DNA of 32,000 nucleotides from Candidatus Saccharimonadota bacterium (GTDB lineage Bacteria; Patescibacteriota; Saccharimonadia; Saccharimonadales; Saccharimonadaceae): NCBI GenBank assembly GCA_001897305.1, contig MKSO01000001.1, positions 1 to 32,000 of the forward strand, read 5' to 3'. Shown piece by piece: positions 31,740 to 32,000 of this stretch (position 1 is its first letter; each line of letters starts with the position of its first letter). The notes under the pieces were generated by a model. It saw only the letters and a program-made list of their open reading frames with translations, ran no database searches and was not told where the DNA came from. The position numbers and the translations under genes were made by a program.

Positions 31740-32000
31740 GTGTATAGGTTCCTTGGTGTATGACCTTATATAAATACTTGTACGTGAGCTATTAAATGTC
31801 CGTTTGAACTATATATACCACAAAAGTATTAAAAAGTAAAGAGCTTATGTAATAGACAAGGTTAATTACAAAGCTTCCACCCCTATCAATAACTTATTTA
31901 CTGTTTTATGTAACCTAAAAAGTCTCAACAGACTAATGGTAAGTAAAGTTAACTTCAATGTTATTAAGAACCCTATTAATGTTATAGGTGCTAAAAATAT

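Noticed and set aside
1-32000. Alternative genetic code (UGA recoding, as in some candidate-phyla bacteria)
   Set aside because: Conserved genes end at canonical stops including TGA (yidC, rnpA), with lengths normal for their families. No in-frame TGA needs reading through to restore known domains.
19052-32000. Interpretation of the T4SS block as an integrative conjugative element or prophage
   Set aside because: No integrase, recombinase, relaxase, coupling protein, tRNA target, flanking direct repeats or phage structural genes are visible in the window. The right boundary is not covered, so this is unsupported here rather than disproven.
1-32000. Search for tRNA, rRNA, CRISPR repeats, transposase ends or long direct repeats
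   Set aside because: The intergenic space is tiny apart from 14954-15222, 16618-16902 and 31740-32000. None of these shows cloverleaf-type complementarity, a regular repeat-spacer periodicity or terminal inverted repeats.

Overview
This window looks like the chromosomal replication-origin region of a small, very gene-dense bacterial genome. It uses the standard genetic code: long ORFs end in TAA, TAG and TGA. Gene content and style suggest a Patescibacteria/CPR organism such as a Saccharibacterium, but that is inference only. There are three blocks. (1) About 1-12.9 kb is a cell-surface glycan locus. It holds a seven-gene minus-strand operon (Wzm/Wzt-type ABC exporter, four to five GT-B glycosyltransferases, a possible FkbM-like methyltransferase). 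Divergent from it is a GT2/GtrA/GT4 trio, and a large polytopic GT-C-like membrane protein lies at the left edge. (2) About 12.9-19.1 kb is the classical origin neighbourhood, jag-yidC-rnpA-rpmH (minus) facing dnaA-dnaN-recF (plus). DnaA-box clusters lie on both sides of dnaA. rpmH (14816-14953) is missing from the ORF track and was found by hand translation. (3) About 19.1-31.7 kb is an eight-gene minus-strand operon encoding a Gram-positive-type type IV secretion-like apparatus. It has a VirB4-like ATPase, a VirB6/TcpH-like polytopic protein, a PrgI/VirB3-like protein, two peptidoglycan hydrolases and three unassigned membrane or secreted proteins. No relaxase, coupling protein, integrase or element boundary is visible. 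This block is the most interesting part of the window. Recurrent sequence-level oddities include -10 hexamers placed 7-10 nt from start codons with no Shine-Dalgarno, which suggests leaderless or near-leaderless mRNAs. All three convergent gene junctions have overlapping or abutting stops and no terminator space. A perfect 12-bp hairpin buries the start codon of the VirB6-like gene. I found no tRNA, rRNA, CRISPR array, transposase or integrase.
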